A stretch of 58,217 nt of DNA from an uncultured Candidatus Saccharibacteria bacterium (GCA_964360335.1 CAYHVH010000003.1:1-58217); one strand, 5' to 3'; numbered from the stretch's first letter, positions 26,603 through 35,317 are shown. Notes: a model not told the origin generated them from the sequence alone. Numbers and translations are program-made.

Positions 26603-27580
26603 TCATTTCTTGTATTTAACCTCGTGGCCGCCGAACTGCTTCCTAAGGAGCGCCACGATTTTGTTGGAAAGTTTTTGCTGATTTTTGGGGTTGCTTGATT
26701 CCTGCCGGATTTTGAAAGCGTCCTCAATCACTCGGACATCAACCCCGAGTTTTTTTGCCTCCTCGATCGTCCATTCGCCTTCGCCCGTATGGTGAATGTA
26801 GCCCGTGACTTTCTTCAAGTCTTCGGTTTCAAAGATGCGCTTGGTAAGTTCGATAAGCCACGATGATACCACCGATCCTTTGCTCCAGATTCCAGCAATC
26901 TGCGTGTAGTCGAGTTTGAATTTCGACGCCTCGAGGACTCCGAAGCCCTCGCCGATGGCCTCCATCATTCCATATTCAATGCCGTTGTGCACCATTTTGA
27001 CGAAATGTCCGGCGCCAGAGGGACCGACCAAGCCGTAATGCTTTCCATTCGACCTCTCCTGGTCTTCGACCACCCTCCCCAGGCCTGGGGAGGGGTTGGG
27101 GGAGAGGTCGCCGGCAGCTAAGGCTTTGAAGATCGGCTCTACTTTCGGCCAGACCTCTTTTCGCCCTCCGACCATCAGCGAAAAGCCGTTTTTTTCTCCC
27201 CAGACGCCGCCCGAAGTGCCGCAGTCAAAAAAGTGAACGCCGGATTTTGCGAGCTCTTTTGCCCGGCGCTGGGAATCGCGATAAAAAGAGTTCCCGCCGT
27301 CAATGACGACGTCCCCTTTGGACAGTTGTTTTACCAGGCCCTGCTTGAATAACATTTCGTCGAGAAGCTCTCCGGCCGGGAGCATCAGCCACAAAATTCT
27401 GGGGGCAGGTAAAGCTTTGATTAGCTGTTCCGGAGTTTGCGCGACCCTGCCGCCGAATCTCTTAAAAGCCGTGCGCGGCTCCTCACTTCTGTTCCAGGCA
27501 ATGACCTCAAATTTATTTTTATGGAGCCGCCTCGCGATCTGCATACCCATGCGCCCAAGACCTAGTATGCCAATTTGCAT
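26603..27580 (-). CDS. gnd: 6-phosphogluconate dehydrogenase, short (YqeC/GndA-like) form
   Basis: MQIGILGLGRMGMQIARRL, GAGHFVKMVHNGIEYGMMEAIGEGF. Carries a repeat-derived insert (DLSPNPSPGLGRVVEDQERSN). Confidence 0.85.
   Translation of the reverse strand: MQIGILGLGRMGMQIARRLHKNKFEVIAWNRSEEPRTAFKRFGGRVAQTPEQLIKALPAPRILWLMLPAGELLDEMLFKQGLVKQLSKGDVVIDGGNSFYRDSQRRAKELAKSGVHFFDCGTSGGVWGEKNGFSLMVGGRKEVWPKVEPIFKALAAGDLSPNPSPGLGRVVEDQERSNGKHYGLVGPSGAGHFVKMVHNGIEYGMMEAIGEGFGVLEASKFKLDYTQIAGIWSKGSVVSSWLIELTKRIFETEDLKKVTGYIHHTGEGEWTIEEAKKLGVDVRVIEDAFKIRQESSNPKNQQKLSNKIVALLRKQFGGHEVKYKK
27050..27110. repeat. family A palindromic element inside the gnd CDS
   Basis: cgacctctcctggtcttcgaccaccctccccaggcctggggaggggttgggggagaggtcg. 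Confidence 0.9.
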
Positions 27581-27581
27581 A

Positions 27582-28607
27582 TTATTTCTCCCCCTGATTA
27601 AGTATTTCGATGTTTTGCTTAATAAGGGGAATTACTTCTTCAGGAGATTTCCCAAGGGCTTTTGAGGCTGCGTGAAGGAGGGAGCTGTAGATGGCGGCAG
27701 TTTGTTCACGGCGCATCTCAATGTTGTTGGAGATTACTCCGTCGAAATCTACAAAGACGTGTGCTCCGTCGAGTATTGCTCCGAATTTTTTCTCATCCCC
27801 AAGATCCCCAAACGAGTCGATGCCGTTCAGTTTCTCCTTTGAGATTCTCAGCTGTTCTGCAGATTGCGCTCTTACTTTTTGTCCCTCGCGGCTGTAGGCC
27901 GCCCAAATAGGTACGAATTCCACTTTGGCTGGATCAAACTGAGCTGCGATTTTTTTTGCTTCTTCGAGATTTCTCCGTAGGTCTTCCACTACCACGATTT
28001 TTATTTTTCCTTTAGGGTCTTTTTCTTGGAGTGCCGAAATATACTGACGTAACCGCTCGAGTTTATCGCCCCCGACCATGTAGGAGGTTTTATCTTTCAT
28101 GAATCGTTTTGCGTTTTCTCTGCCTTTACCGGCCACAAGACCTCTGTAAAAATCCTCGATGGTTCTGGAACGGGAAATTTTGCCGGGCTGATACCCCGTA
28201 GACTCGGTGTCTCCCGATGACCACATCACGAGTTTTTTTATCTTATCGCCGTATTTTTCACCAAGTTCTCGAAGGTTGTCTTGGCTCGGATAACGCAAAC
28301 GATCTTCTCTCATAGGAATCCTATGCAGACCGCTAATCATATTGTTTTCAAAAACACGAAATTCTTCATGGTTTTCCGATGGATCCCGCTGGAGTGTTTC
28401 TTTCCAGGCGCGGTTGGCAAATTTACGATAATCCATTTCCCCCTCGGACTCAATGGCCACTTGCAGTTCGAAAAAATAGCCAAACTCCGGGTCGGTTTCC
28501 GACAAAGCATGCCGGTCGACTGTTTCGCTAGGGTTTATTTTTGTCTCAGCCTCTTCTAGCTTTCGCAGAGCGTGCTGGCGAGCTTCGGAAAAATTTTCAG
28601 GATTCAT
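27582..28607 (-). CDS. hypothetical protein between zwf and gnd, with a HAD-like DxDG motif near the C-terminus
   Basis: 341 aa, 9 nt after the zwf stop and 1 nt before the gnd start. Contains VFVDFDGVISNN at about residue 285, WSSGDTEST and IVVVEDLRRN. No family assigned. Confidence 0.6.
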   Translation of the reverse strand: MNPENFSEARQHALRKLEEAETKINPSETVDRHALSETDPEFGYFFELQVAIESEGEMDYRKFANRAWKETLQRDPSENHEEFRVFENNMISGLHRIPMREDRLRYPSQDNLRELGEKYGDKIKKLVMWSSGDTESTGYQPGKISRSRTIEDFYRGLVAGKGRENAKRFMKDKTSYMVGGDKLERLRQYISALQEKDPKGKIKIVVVEDLRRNLEEAKKIAAQFDPAKVEFVPIWAAYSREGQKVRAQSAEQLRISKEKLNGIDSFGDLGDEKKFGAILDGAHVFVDFDGVISNNIEMRREQTAAIYSSLLHAASKALGKSPEEVIPLIKQNIEILNQGEK

Positions 28608-28616
28608 ATAAACAGT

Positions 28617-30047
28617 TTAATTCAGCCACTGACGGCCGTCCTTTTGAATTAATTTTTCCGCTTGCTTTGGTCCCGCCCCTTCCGGTTCATATTCAATCGG
28701 TTTTTTCCCGCTGGAATATTTCTTTAGAACGTCGATATACTTCCATGCCGCTTCGATTTCGTCCGAGGAAGCGAACAGCCGCTGGTCCCCTTGCATGAAG
28801 TCAAGGAGGAGGCGTTCGTGGGCATCGGGAATTTCCGGAGCCATAAAGGCATCGTAGCCCAGAGCCAGGCGGACGGGGTGGAGCCGGACGCCGAAGCCGG
28901 GATATTTGACCTGCAGCTCTAGGTAAATCCCCTCATTTGGCTGAATCTGAAAGATCAGTTTGTTTAAAGGATGCTTCGTCCCAAATAACCGAGAAACCAA
29001 CGGTTTGAAATGCAAGGAAATTGAAGTGCTCTTTTTGGTTAGTCGTTGTCCGGTTCGGAGATAAAAAGGGACGTCTTGCCAGCGCGGGTTGTCGATAAAC
29101 AGTCGCGTGGCCGCAAAGGTTTCTACCCGCGATGCAGAAGCAACGTTTGGCTCTTCCCGATAGCCCTGGTACTGACCGATCACCAAATATTTTTGCAAGT
29201 CGGTCTTACTGGGTTGGCGGATTGACCCAATGAGGCGGGCGCGCTGCGCCCGGATCTCCTCTGCCGAGAGGCCCGTGGGGACATCCATCGCCACGAGCGC
29301 CAAAAGTTGCAGCAGATGACTTTGCACCATGTCCCGTATCGTTCCGACCTGCTCGAAATACGAACCCCGCTCGTTGACCCCTACGTCCTCCAGCACGGAA
29401 ATTTGCACCTGGTCAACATATTCGCGATCCCATAGCGGTTCGAAAATCCCGTTGGCAAATCTGGTCGCAAAAATATTTTGGACGGTTTCTTTGCCAAGAT
29501 AGTGGTCGATCCTATAAATTTGTTCTTCCTGAAAATATTTACCCAAAGTGCCGTCGAGCTTTTGAGCCGATTGCAGATCCAGGCCAAACGGCTTTTCCAG
29601 GAGGACCCGGACTTTTCGTTTGTGGATTTGACACCCGATGAGCAATCCGGATTTCTTCAAATCTTCGGAGATCGACGCATAGTGCGTGGGGAGCGTGGCG
29701 AAATAAAAAAGCCGATTGGCGCAGGAGTGGCCCCGTTTTTCGATGTCATGGAGTCTCTGGGCGAGCGCCTGGAAGTCCTCGGTACTGGTAAAGTTGCCGG
29801 GATGGTAGAAAACTTGTTTGGCGAACCTCGGCCAGTTTTTGTGTTCAACTTTGACCCGTTTCCGGAAAGCCTCGTCGGAAAACTGTCGGCGGGAAAAGCC
29901 GATGACCGTGAAATTTTTTGGCAGCAGGCGGTGATCAAATAGGTGAAACAAGGCCGGGATGAGCCGCTCGGAAGCCAGTTCCCCGGACGCGCCAAAAATC
30001 ACAAGGATCGTGGGGTCGATTTTGGGCTGAATTTGGTTTTTACTCAT
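28617..30047 (-). CDS. zwf: glucose-6-phosphate 1-dehydrogenase
   Basis: ILVIFGASGELASERLIPALF (GxxGDLx), RIDHYLGKE and EKPFG. Confidence 0.92.
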   Translation of the reverse strand: MSKNQIQPKIDPTILVIFGASGELASERLIPALFHLFDHRLLPKNFTVIGFSRRQFSDEAFRKRVKVEHKNWPRFAKQVFYHPGNFTSTEDFQALAQRLHDIEKRGHSCANRLFYFATLPTHYASISEDLKKSGLLIGCQIHKRKVRVLLEKPFGLDLQSAQKLDGTLGKYFQEEQIYRIDHYLGKETVQNIFATRFANGIFEPLWDREYVDQVQISVLEDVGVNERGSYFEQVGTIRDMVQSHLLQLLALVAMDVPTGLSAEEIRAQRARLIGSIRQPSKTDLQKYLVIGQYQGYREEPNVASASRVETFAATRLFIDNPRWQDVPFYLRTGQRLTKKSTSISLHFKPLVSRLFGTKHPLNKLIFQIQPNEGIYLELQVKYPGFGVRLHPVRLALGYDAFMAPEIPDAHERLLLDFMQGDQRLFASSDEIEAAWKYIDVLKKYSSGKKPIEYEPEGAGPKQAEKLIQKDGRQWLN

Positions 30048-30185
30048 GTCTAGTAGATGTAGTTTATCATAGACTATCCTATTTCAAAAAGATTGTCCTT
30101 CGGCAGTTGGAGCTTTAGGTGCTTGCCAAGTTCGTGAAAATGTACTAAGCTAGTTTTCTGCTTTCCAAACGACAAGGAGGAGCAA

Positions 30186-30575
30186 ATGCAGTACCTTTGG
30201 GCTATCTTGATTTACTCGGGTGTTGCTCTTGGTGTTCGACTCGTCGTCTTTCGGCCTGTCTATTGGGACGGCATCAGGGAAGAAGCGCGGTGGTTCCTCC
30301 ACGCTTTGCTTTGGCCGTTCTTGGCGTTTGCTATGATTTTTGACTTTCTCGCACCTTGGAGCGAGCGCCTGGCAGTTTTTTTGCTTTGGGCAGGCGGTGG
30401 GTTCGGTCTTTACCTGAACCTTTGCCCTCCGGTGCCGCGAGTTTGGTTTTGGGTGAGCTATTTCCTAGCTTTTTTCGCAATGTGCCTTTGGGCCGTGATC
30501 GCGACGCTTTGGGCGAGCTTACCCGTTTGGATAATTCACCTGAAGCGGAAACTCAGGGGAAAACGCCAGCCGTGA
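30186..30575 (+). CDS. small integral membrane protein, hypothetical
   Basis: 129 aa with four hydrophobic spans. AGGAGG lies 6 nt upstream of the ATG. Confidence 0.55.
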   Translation: MQYLWAILIYSGVALGVRLVVFRPVYWDGIREEARWFLHALLWPFLAFAMIFDFLAPWSERLAVFLLWAGGGFGLYLNLCPPVPRVWFWVSYFLAFFAMCLWAVIATLWASLPVWIIHLKRKLRGKRQP

Positions 30576-30630
30576 CTCTCAAAAAGTGGGTATTTTGGGA
30601 GTTGCGGCTTTTCAATTTGCGGGAGGGAAA

Positions 30631-31692
30631 CTATTTTAGATATTGGTCAAAAAACGCCACAGACCGCGCCATGGCCGCCCCGAACGCTTGGGAGAGGTTG
30701 TGGTTGGCTCCACGGTAAGTGTACAGTTCCGCGATTCCACCCGCCCGCTCAATTTTTTGTTTCAGGTCCTCGGAATAAAGTACCGGAACGCGTTCGTCGG
30801 CTAGCCCATGGTGGAGCTGTACCGGGCCGGACAGGTCGGCAAGGTAAGAGGTCGGGGCCACGGACTGCCAAAACTCGGGATTTTCCTGCCAGGTGCCGTA
30901 TTGATTGATGAGTTCCTGTCGGCGATTGGTGCTCAGACTATAGGGCGAGGGGACGGCGGGATTATTGTTGCGCAGTCGCCGGATGCGGTTGCGCCAAGCT
31001 TCAAACAATTCATCGTGAGTCGCCGTGAGTCCTGCCCAAACCACGCCGACCTTGATGTCTGGGGAGACCACCATGGAGGCAATCGTGAGATGCCCGCCCA
31101 TGGAGTGTCCCCACATCCCGATTTTTTCGGGATTAATATAGGGCAGTTTTTGTACTGAAGACACGGCGTTCAAAATATCAGTCACATAACTCGGGGAATA
31201 CCAGCCGCCATCCGGATCCCCCTCTGACTCTCCGTGACCTCTGTAATCAGACTTGAAAACGACATAGCCGCGCCTGGCGAAGTAATCGACATATGCCGCA
31301 TAGCGCTCGGCCGTTTGGTATTGCGCCGGAGGGATCGAGCCGTGATTGAAGATAATTGCCGGCCATCCGCCTTGCAGCTCCTCGCCTTTTGGCACCGTGA
31401 GAAGCGCGTAAACCTTGAAGTCGTCCGAAAGGTACGAGACAACATACTGTCCATAATTTGGTTTCGCTGTCAGAGTTTGTTCTACAACGATGTCACTGCC
31501 GGGATAGTCCCGATCCCGCATCGCTTCAATAGTCAACGGATGAGGGGACGCACCCGGCCCTGCTTCGTCTTCTGGATTAATTTCTTGATTGGGTGCTTTC
31601 CAAATCTCCTCGCGCGATAAACCAAACCAGGCCACAGAAGCTGCGGCGGCGATAAAGATGCCGACAAAGGAGACTATCGTTTTTCGTGACAT
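30631..31692 (-). CDS. membrane-anchored alpha/beta hydrolase (S9/dienelactone hydrolase-like)
   Basis: N-terminal TM segment, GHSMGG nucleophile elbow, and downstream D and H (HHGLADERV...GANH). Confidence 0.7.
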   Translation of the reverse strand: MSRKTIVSFVGIFIAAAASVAWFGLSREEIWKAPNQEINPEDEAGPGASPHPLTIEAMRDRDYPGSDIVVEQTLTAKPNYGQYVVSYLSDDFKVYALLTVPKGEELQGGWPAIIFNHGSIPPAQYQTAERYAAYVDYFARRGYVVFKSDYRGHGESEGDPDGGWYSPSYVTDILNAVSSVQKLPYINPEKIGMWGHSMGGHLTIASMVVSPDIKVGVVWAGLTATHDELFEAWRNRIRRLRNNNPAVPSPYSLSTNRRQELINQYGTWQENPEFWQSVAPTSYLADLSGPVQLHHGLADERVPVLYSEDLKQKIERAGGIAELYTYRGANHNLSQAFGAAMARSVAFFDQYLK

Positions 31693-31693
31693 A

Positions 31694-32305
31694 TCAAAAT
31701 CCCAGTTTTTCTTTCACGAGAATGAGCTTGAGCCGGCCAGATTCTATCTCTTTGTTGACGATCAGTACTTTACTGACATTGCTGCCCATGCCGTAGGCTT
31801 TCCTGGCCCTCGCGTCTTCAAGAGGCAACACGTATTCATAAATGCGTTTGAAGCCGTCCTCCCGGTCTTTCACGATTTTTTGCGCTCCCACCACCCAGAT
31901 CACATGCCCTGCCCCATAGGCGTAAGCTGGCAGTTGCGACCCCGTGTTCGAGGCGATTAGCAGCTGGCCTTCTTGGGTTACGGCATGCACACTGCCCAAA
32001 GCAAATGCCGGCGCTGCGCCATATTTTTTCTTATCTTGGGCAGGTATTTGTTTGTCCAGAAGTTTCTCCCGCACCGGCTTATAACCACCTGATTCATTTA
32101 CCTCTTTTGCAATTCCAGTTGTCTCAAGGGTTTGAGAAGACATAGTCATCACTTCCACCCCCGGTGGCAGAAGTTCGAGCGCCTTTTGTCTGGCTTCCGC
32201 AGCATTTTCGACTACAAAAACCTCGATGCCGCTTCGGCGCAAAGCTTCAGCGGTCTTATTAATAATCTCTTGAGATGGGATTTGATCGTATTTCATCATG
32301 TTCAT
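31694..32305 (-). CDS. LUD-domain (LutC/YkgG-like) protein
   Basis: 203 aa. The overall pattern and length fit the LUD family as I remember it. No catalytic motif can be checked by eye. Confidence 0.45.
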   Translation of the reverse strand: MNMMKYDQIPSQEIINKTAEALRRSGIEVFVVENAAEARQKALELLPPGVEVMTMSSQTLETTGIAKEVNESGGYKPVREKLLDKQIPAQDKKKYGAAPAFALGSVHAVTQEGQLLIASNTGSQLPAYAYGAGHVIWVVGAQKIVKDREDGFKRIYEYVLPLEDARARKAYGMGSNVSKVLIVNKEIESGRLKLILVKEKLGF

Positions 32306-32619
32306 TTGACAATTTTTATGGCCTTGCCGTGAATTAAAGCTTCGGTTACTTTTTTGTAAGCTCCGGACAGCACGCGCTGAAAAGTGCTCTGGGAAACGCC
32401 CATGGCCTTGGCCGCTTGGGTTTGGTCCAAGCCTTTGAGGTTTTTGAGCCTCAAGGCCTCGGCTTCTTCTTCGCTCAACTCAACACAATCAAGCGGGCCG
32501 CAAGCCTTTCCTTCTGGCCGAAAATCCCGGAACCTTGGGCAATACCCGATTCGGTAATGACAGCGCGGGCGAGTCATAAAAAATTGAAAGTTAATGGTAA
32601 AATTGTTAAGTAAACTCAT
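32302..32619 (-). CDS. DUF134 (UPF0251) putative DNA-binding protein
   Basis: RPRCHYRIGYCPRFRDFRPEG, then LSEEEAEALRLKNLKGLDQTQAAKAMGVSQSTFQRVL (sigma-70 region 4-like HTH). Confidence 0.7.
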   Translation of the reverse strand: MSLLNNFTINFQFFMTRPRCHYRIGYCPRFRDFRPEGKACGPLDCVELSEEEAEALRLKNLKGLDQTQAAKAMGVSQSTFQRVLSGAYKKVTEALIHGKAIKIVK

Positions 32620-32763
32620 GGGAAAGCTCCCCGGCCCTCCTCCCCGCCTGCCGCGAATTATCTTTATTAGCAGGCTGACACAAGACGCATGCGAGGAGCT
32701 AAATTAGTAAATTTTACGGCGGGCAGGCAAAATTTGAGGAGGACCGGATCATCGGGCTTTCCC

Positions 32764-32940
32764 TTATTTGTCCTCCAAGTCCTCGTCTTTTTCTTTCTCC
32801 AAGGACTCCTTGAGGTGCTTGATGGTGGCGAGCTTTGCTTCCAGGACCTTTTTGTGCTCCTCCAGAAAGACCTTCCGGTCCTTTTTGGAAACCAGGCCGA
32901 ACGGCTCGCAATAGCCGCCGCACATACCTGCGCGATACAT
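32764..32940 (-). CDS. 58-aa Cys/Gly N-terminus plus coiled-coil protein (DUF5320-like); below the ORF-track size cutoff
   Basis: My translation is MYRAGMCGGYCEPFGLVSKKDRKVFLEEHKKVLEAKLATIKHLKESLEKEKDEDLEDK. It lies upstream of DUF134 on the same strand, a pairing I recall for DUF5320. Confidence 0.4.
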   Translation of the reverse strand: MYRAGMCGGYCEPFGLVSKKDRKVFLEEHKKVLEAKLATIKHLKESLEKEKDEDLEDK

Positions 32941-33139
32941 AAGTTTTTGCTTTCTAAATTAGCTTATCTCGTCTGGCAACCTCGACCATGAGTTGCCTTC
33001 TGTTTTGAATATATACCCAAAACTAGGGAATGTCAAGGCAGGCAAAAACCCCCGTTCGACTAACGCCCAGGGCAAAAAGAAAGCCCGGGTCCCGGAATCG
33101 TCCATCGGAACGATTGGAACCCGAGCGGTGGCAATGTGG

Positions 33140-33415
33140 TTAACTTACGCAGCGATTATCGATGCTGACCAGCCTCTTGGCATACAGCCAGTGTGAAAAA
33201 GCGTCGTGGTCTTGGCGAGCCGACCAAATGGCATGTGCCCGCCCTCGGATTTCTTCTGGTCTGGGATCACGGTGAAGCAGGGGTCTTAGCTCCGCCATGG
33301 CCTGTTCCCAATCGCGCCGAGCGCGGTCTGCAGCCCCCTTTTCCCAAAGGTCGTAGGCGACCGAGGCCACCATCGCCTGGAACTGTGTTGCGGTAACCAC
33401 TCTTCTGTTATCCAT
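33140..33415 (-). CDS. DUF2934-like small protein (two AYxLWE-type repeats), GC-rich
   Basis: VAYDLWEKGAADRARRDWEQAMAE and RAHAIWSARQDHDAFSHWLYA. AGGAGG lies 7 nt upstream of the ATG. Confidence 0.55.
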   Translation of the reverse strand: MDNRRVVTATQFQAMVASVAYDLWEKGAADRARRDWEQAMAELRPLLHRDPRPEEIRGRAHAIWSARQDHDAFSHWLYAKRLVSIDNRCVS

Positions 33416-33463
33416 GCGGTACCTCCTTGATACCCCAATATTAACTGCTTGCTGTCAAAAAAA

Positions 33464-33709
33464 CTAGCCAGGGTCCTGATTCGGCCGTTTTTTGGCACGG
33501 CGGCGGTGGTGGCGCCGAACTGACTTGAGAATCGGGACGGCCACTTCACTGTGAGCATGCAAGATGAGTACCCGGCGACAAGACCGGCAGCGGCGAACGT
33601 GTGCGTCGAACTTCGCAGCGTCTGCTTCCCTGCCGGGTCGGACCAATTTACCATCAACACAATCTCTCCAGAGCCTGCCGACTTTAGGATCGATGCAAAG
33701 TCTGGGCAT
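33464..33709 (-). CDS. small basic Cys-containing hypothetical protein, GC-rich
   Basis: 81 aa containing CID...CVD...RRCRSCRR. AGGAGG lies 6 nt upstream of the ATG. Confidence 0.45.
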   Translation of the reverse strand: MPRLCIDPKVGRLWRDCVDGKLVRPGREADAAKFDAHVRRCRSCRRVLILHAHSEVAVPILKSVRRHHRRRAKKRPNQDPG

Positions 33710-33727
33710 GATACCTCCTTGGACCTG

Positions 33728-34048
33728 TCAGATTTTGTCCTTCCGCTGAAGCTTTTCTGCCTCGTCCATCATCTTCAGTCCTCTTTCCATCTTGTGGATG
33801 GCCCAGAGAGAGATCAGGATGAAGGCCGGTGCCAGGAACCAATAGATGAGGAATTCCTCGTTATTCAGCCAGAAGCGGTTGTAGATGACGAAATACCCGT
33901 TTTCCAATCGGCCGATGCGCGGTAATTCAATCAAGGATTGAAGTACAGCTCCGAGAGGAAGAACGGCGATGAGCCCGATTGTGTACAGAATGCCGCCAAA
34001 GGCGTGAACCAGAAAACCTCTGTTCTCCAGCAGTTTCCAATTTTGCAT
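33728..34048 (-). CDS. small membrane protein, hypothetical
   Basis: Start placed at the ATG at 34048 (MQNWKLL), which has AGGAGG 5 nt upstream. Two or three TM spans. Confidence 0.5.
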   Translation of the reverse strand: MQNWKLLENRGFLVHAFGGILYTIGLIAVLPLGAVLQSLIELPRIGRLENGYFVIYNRFWLNNEEFLIYWFLAPAFILISLWAIHKMERGLKMMDEAEKLQRKDKI

Positions 34049-34138
34049 TTCGTCCTCCTGTGAAGTGCGAAAGGGAAGTTTACTACGGGACGGAGTTTTT
34101 GTCAATGAAAAAGCGCCAAGCTATCAGATAACATTCAT

Positions 34139-34170
34139 ACATACCAAAAAACCGCCCCGGGGGCGATTTT
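34139..34170 (-). promoter_or_regulatory. family E junction element: GC hairpin, T6, then an extended -10 (GGCGGTTTTTTGGTAT)
   Basis: The minus strand reads aaaatcgcccccggggcggttttttggtatgtat. Confidence 0.6.
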
Positions 34171-34195
34171 GAAGATACCTATTTTTCAAAACGCT

Positions 34196-34516
34196 TCAAA
34201 ACTTTGCTCGGGCCAGAGTGGCAAATTGTCGGTAATAGCGGGATAAGCTTTTGGCGTTTTCGCTCGGCTGCGCAAGTTCGTCCAGACTTTGCTCTCGCAG
34301 GCGCGCGAGCTCACGGCGAGCCGGGCCGCTCCAGCGACTGTCAGCAAGCGTCAAATCGATTAATTCCAAAAATCTAAGCATGGCCGACTCTCTGCGGGCT
34401 TCATTACCGGCGAGCTTCGCCTTTATCATCCGGTCGTATTCGCTTCCAACATTGCCGAGCTGCTCCGCCAGGCTCATTGTGAACCATTTCCCTTTTGCTA
34501 AATTTGCATGCAACAT
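34196..34516 (-). CDS. hypothetical helical protein, distal gene of a two-gene module
   Basis: 106 aa counted from the ATG at 34516, which overlaps the upstream TGA by 1 nt (TGATG). Contains WFTMSLAEQLGNVGSEYDRMIK. No family assigned. Confidence 0.55.
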   Translation of the reverse strand: MLHANLAKGKWFTMSLAEQLGNVGSEYDRMIKAKLAGNEARRESAMLRFLELIDLTLADSRWSGPARRELARLREQSLDELAQPSENAKSLSRYYRQFATLARAKF

Positions 34517-34863
34517 CAATTTATGAGCGAATTTACGATCCCAATGATTTTTTTTCGCGTTATCTCGTCTTCAACGGAGCGAGAGCGGTTGCCCTGGCTC
34601 GGCCGAATATTTATCATCGAATCAAACTCTAACCACGAGTCGCGCGCTTGGTCAGGATAAATATTGATGCCCCACAAATCCTGCTGCTTGCTGCCTTGGT
34701 CGAGAAGGATTGCTTCCTCGTCCGCGTGTAGCTCCCCGCCTACGGCGAGTATCTTTTTTTCGATGTCCACAACCGCCTTCACCATATCGCCGAATCGTTC
34801 TTTGGCGATTTCACGGAGTTCATCACTGGTTATAGGTTTTTCGATGATTTTAATTTCGTCCAT
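34516..34863 (-). CDS. hypothetical protein (DUF5674-like by memory), proximal gene of a two-gene module
   Basis: 115 aa containing VKAVVDIEKKILAVGGELHADEEAILLDQGSKQQDLWGINIYP. Confidence 0.55.
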   Translation of the reverse strand: MDEIKIIEKPITSDELREIAKERFGDMVKAVVDIEKKILAVGGELHADEEAILLDQGSKQQDLWGINIYPDQARDSWLEFDSMINIRPSQGNRSRSVEDEITRKKIIGIVNSLIN

Positions 34864-34873
34864 AAGTTAAATC

Positions 34874-34920
34874 ATTATACCAAAAAACCGCCCTTCGACA
34901 TAGCTCAGGACGATTTTCCA
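34874..34920 (-). promoter_or_regulatory. family E junction element with TGGTATAAT, 10 nt before the ATG
   Basis: The minus strand reads gaagggcggttttttggtataatgatttaacttATG. Confidence 0.6.
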
Positions 34921-35018
34921 GATGCACCTAGGTCTACTTGAGGGGCGCCCTGGTGGGGTGACATCGTGCGAAGTCCTCCGAAGCTTCAGCGAAGGACGGG
35001 AAGGTTATTGGAACCGTT

Positions 35019-35291
35019 CTACGAGATCGAAACCCGCAATTCAGCATCAAGTGCGTCAGCGACCCTTTGTAGAAATTTAATCGAGGGATTATAGCTACCT
35101 TGCTCAAGACGAGAGATAACCGGCTGTTTTGTCCCAATTTTGTTTGCCAATGCTTTTTGTGTCAAGCCTTGGCTCATACGTTTCTTAATAATCATTCTAA
35201 CCAAAGCAAATTCCGGGTCCAGTTCATCATAGGCCCTTTTGATTTTTTTATCCTTCAAGAGGCGATTTTTGAAACTCTTGTAAGTCTTCAT
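35019..35291 (-). CDS. higA: XRE-family HTH antitoxin (HigA-like)
   Basis: GLTQKALANKIGTKQPVISRLEQG. Located downstream of the toxin gene. Confidence 0.75.
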   Translation of the reverse strand: MKTYKSFKNRLLKDKKIKRAYDELDPEFALVRMIIKKRMSQGLTQKALANKIGTKQPVISRLEQGSYNPSIKFLQRVADALDAELRVSIS

Positions 35292-35317
35292 AATCTTATG
35301 ATAACTTATATGTTATA

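Noticed and set aside
32689-32991. 100-aa plus-strand and 69-aa minus-strand ORFs from the track
   Set aside because: Both are low-complexity. A different minus-strand frame gives a 58-aa Cys/Gly plus coiled-coil protein that fits the DUF134 neighbourhood better.
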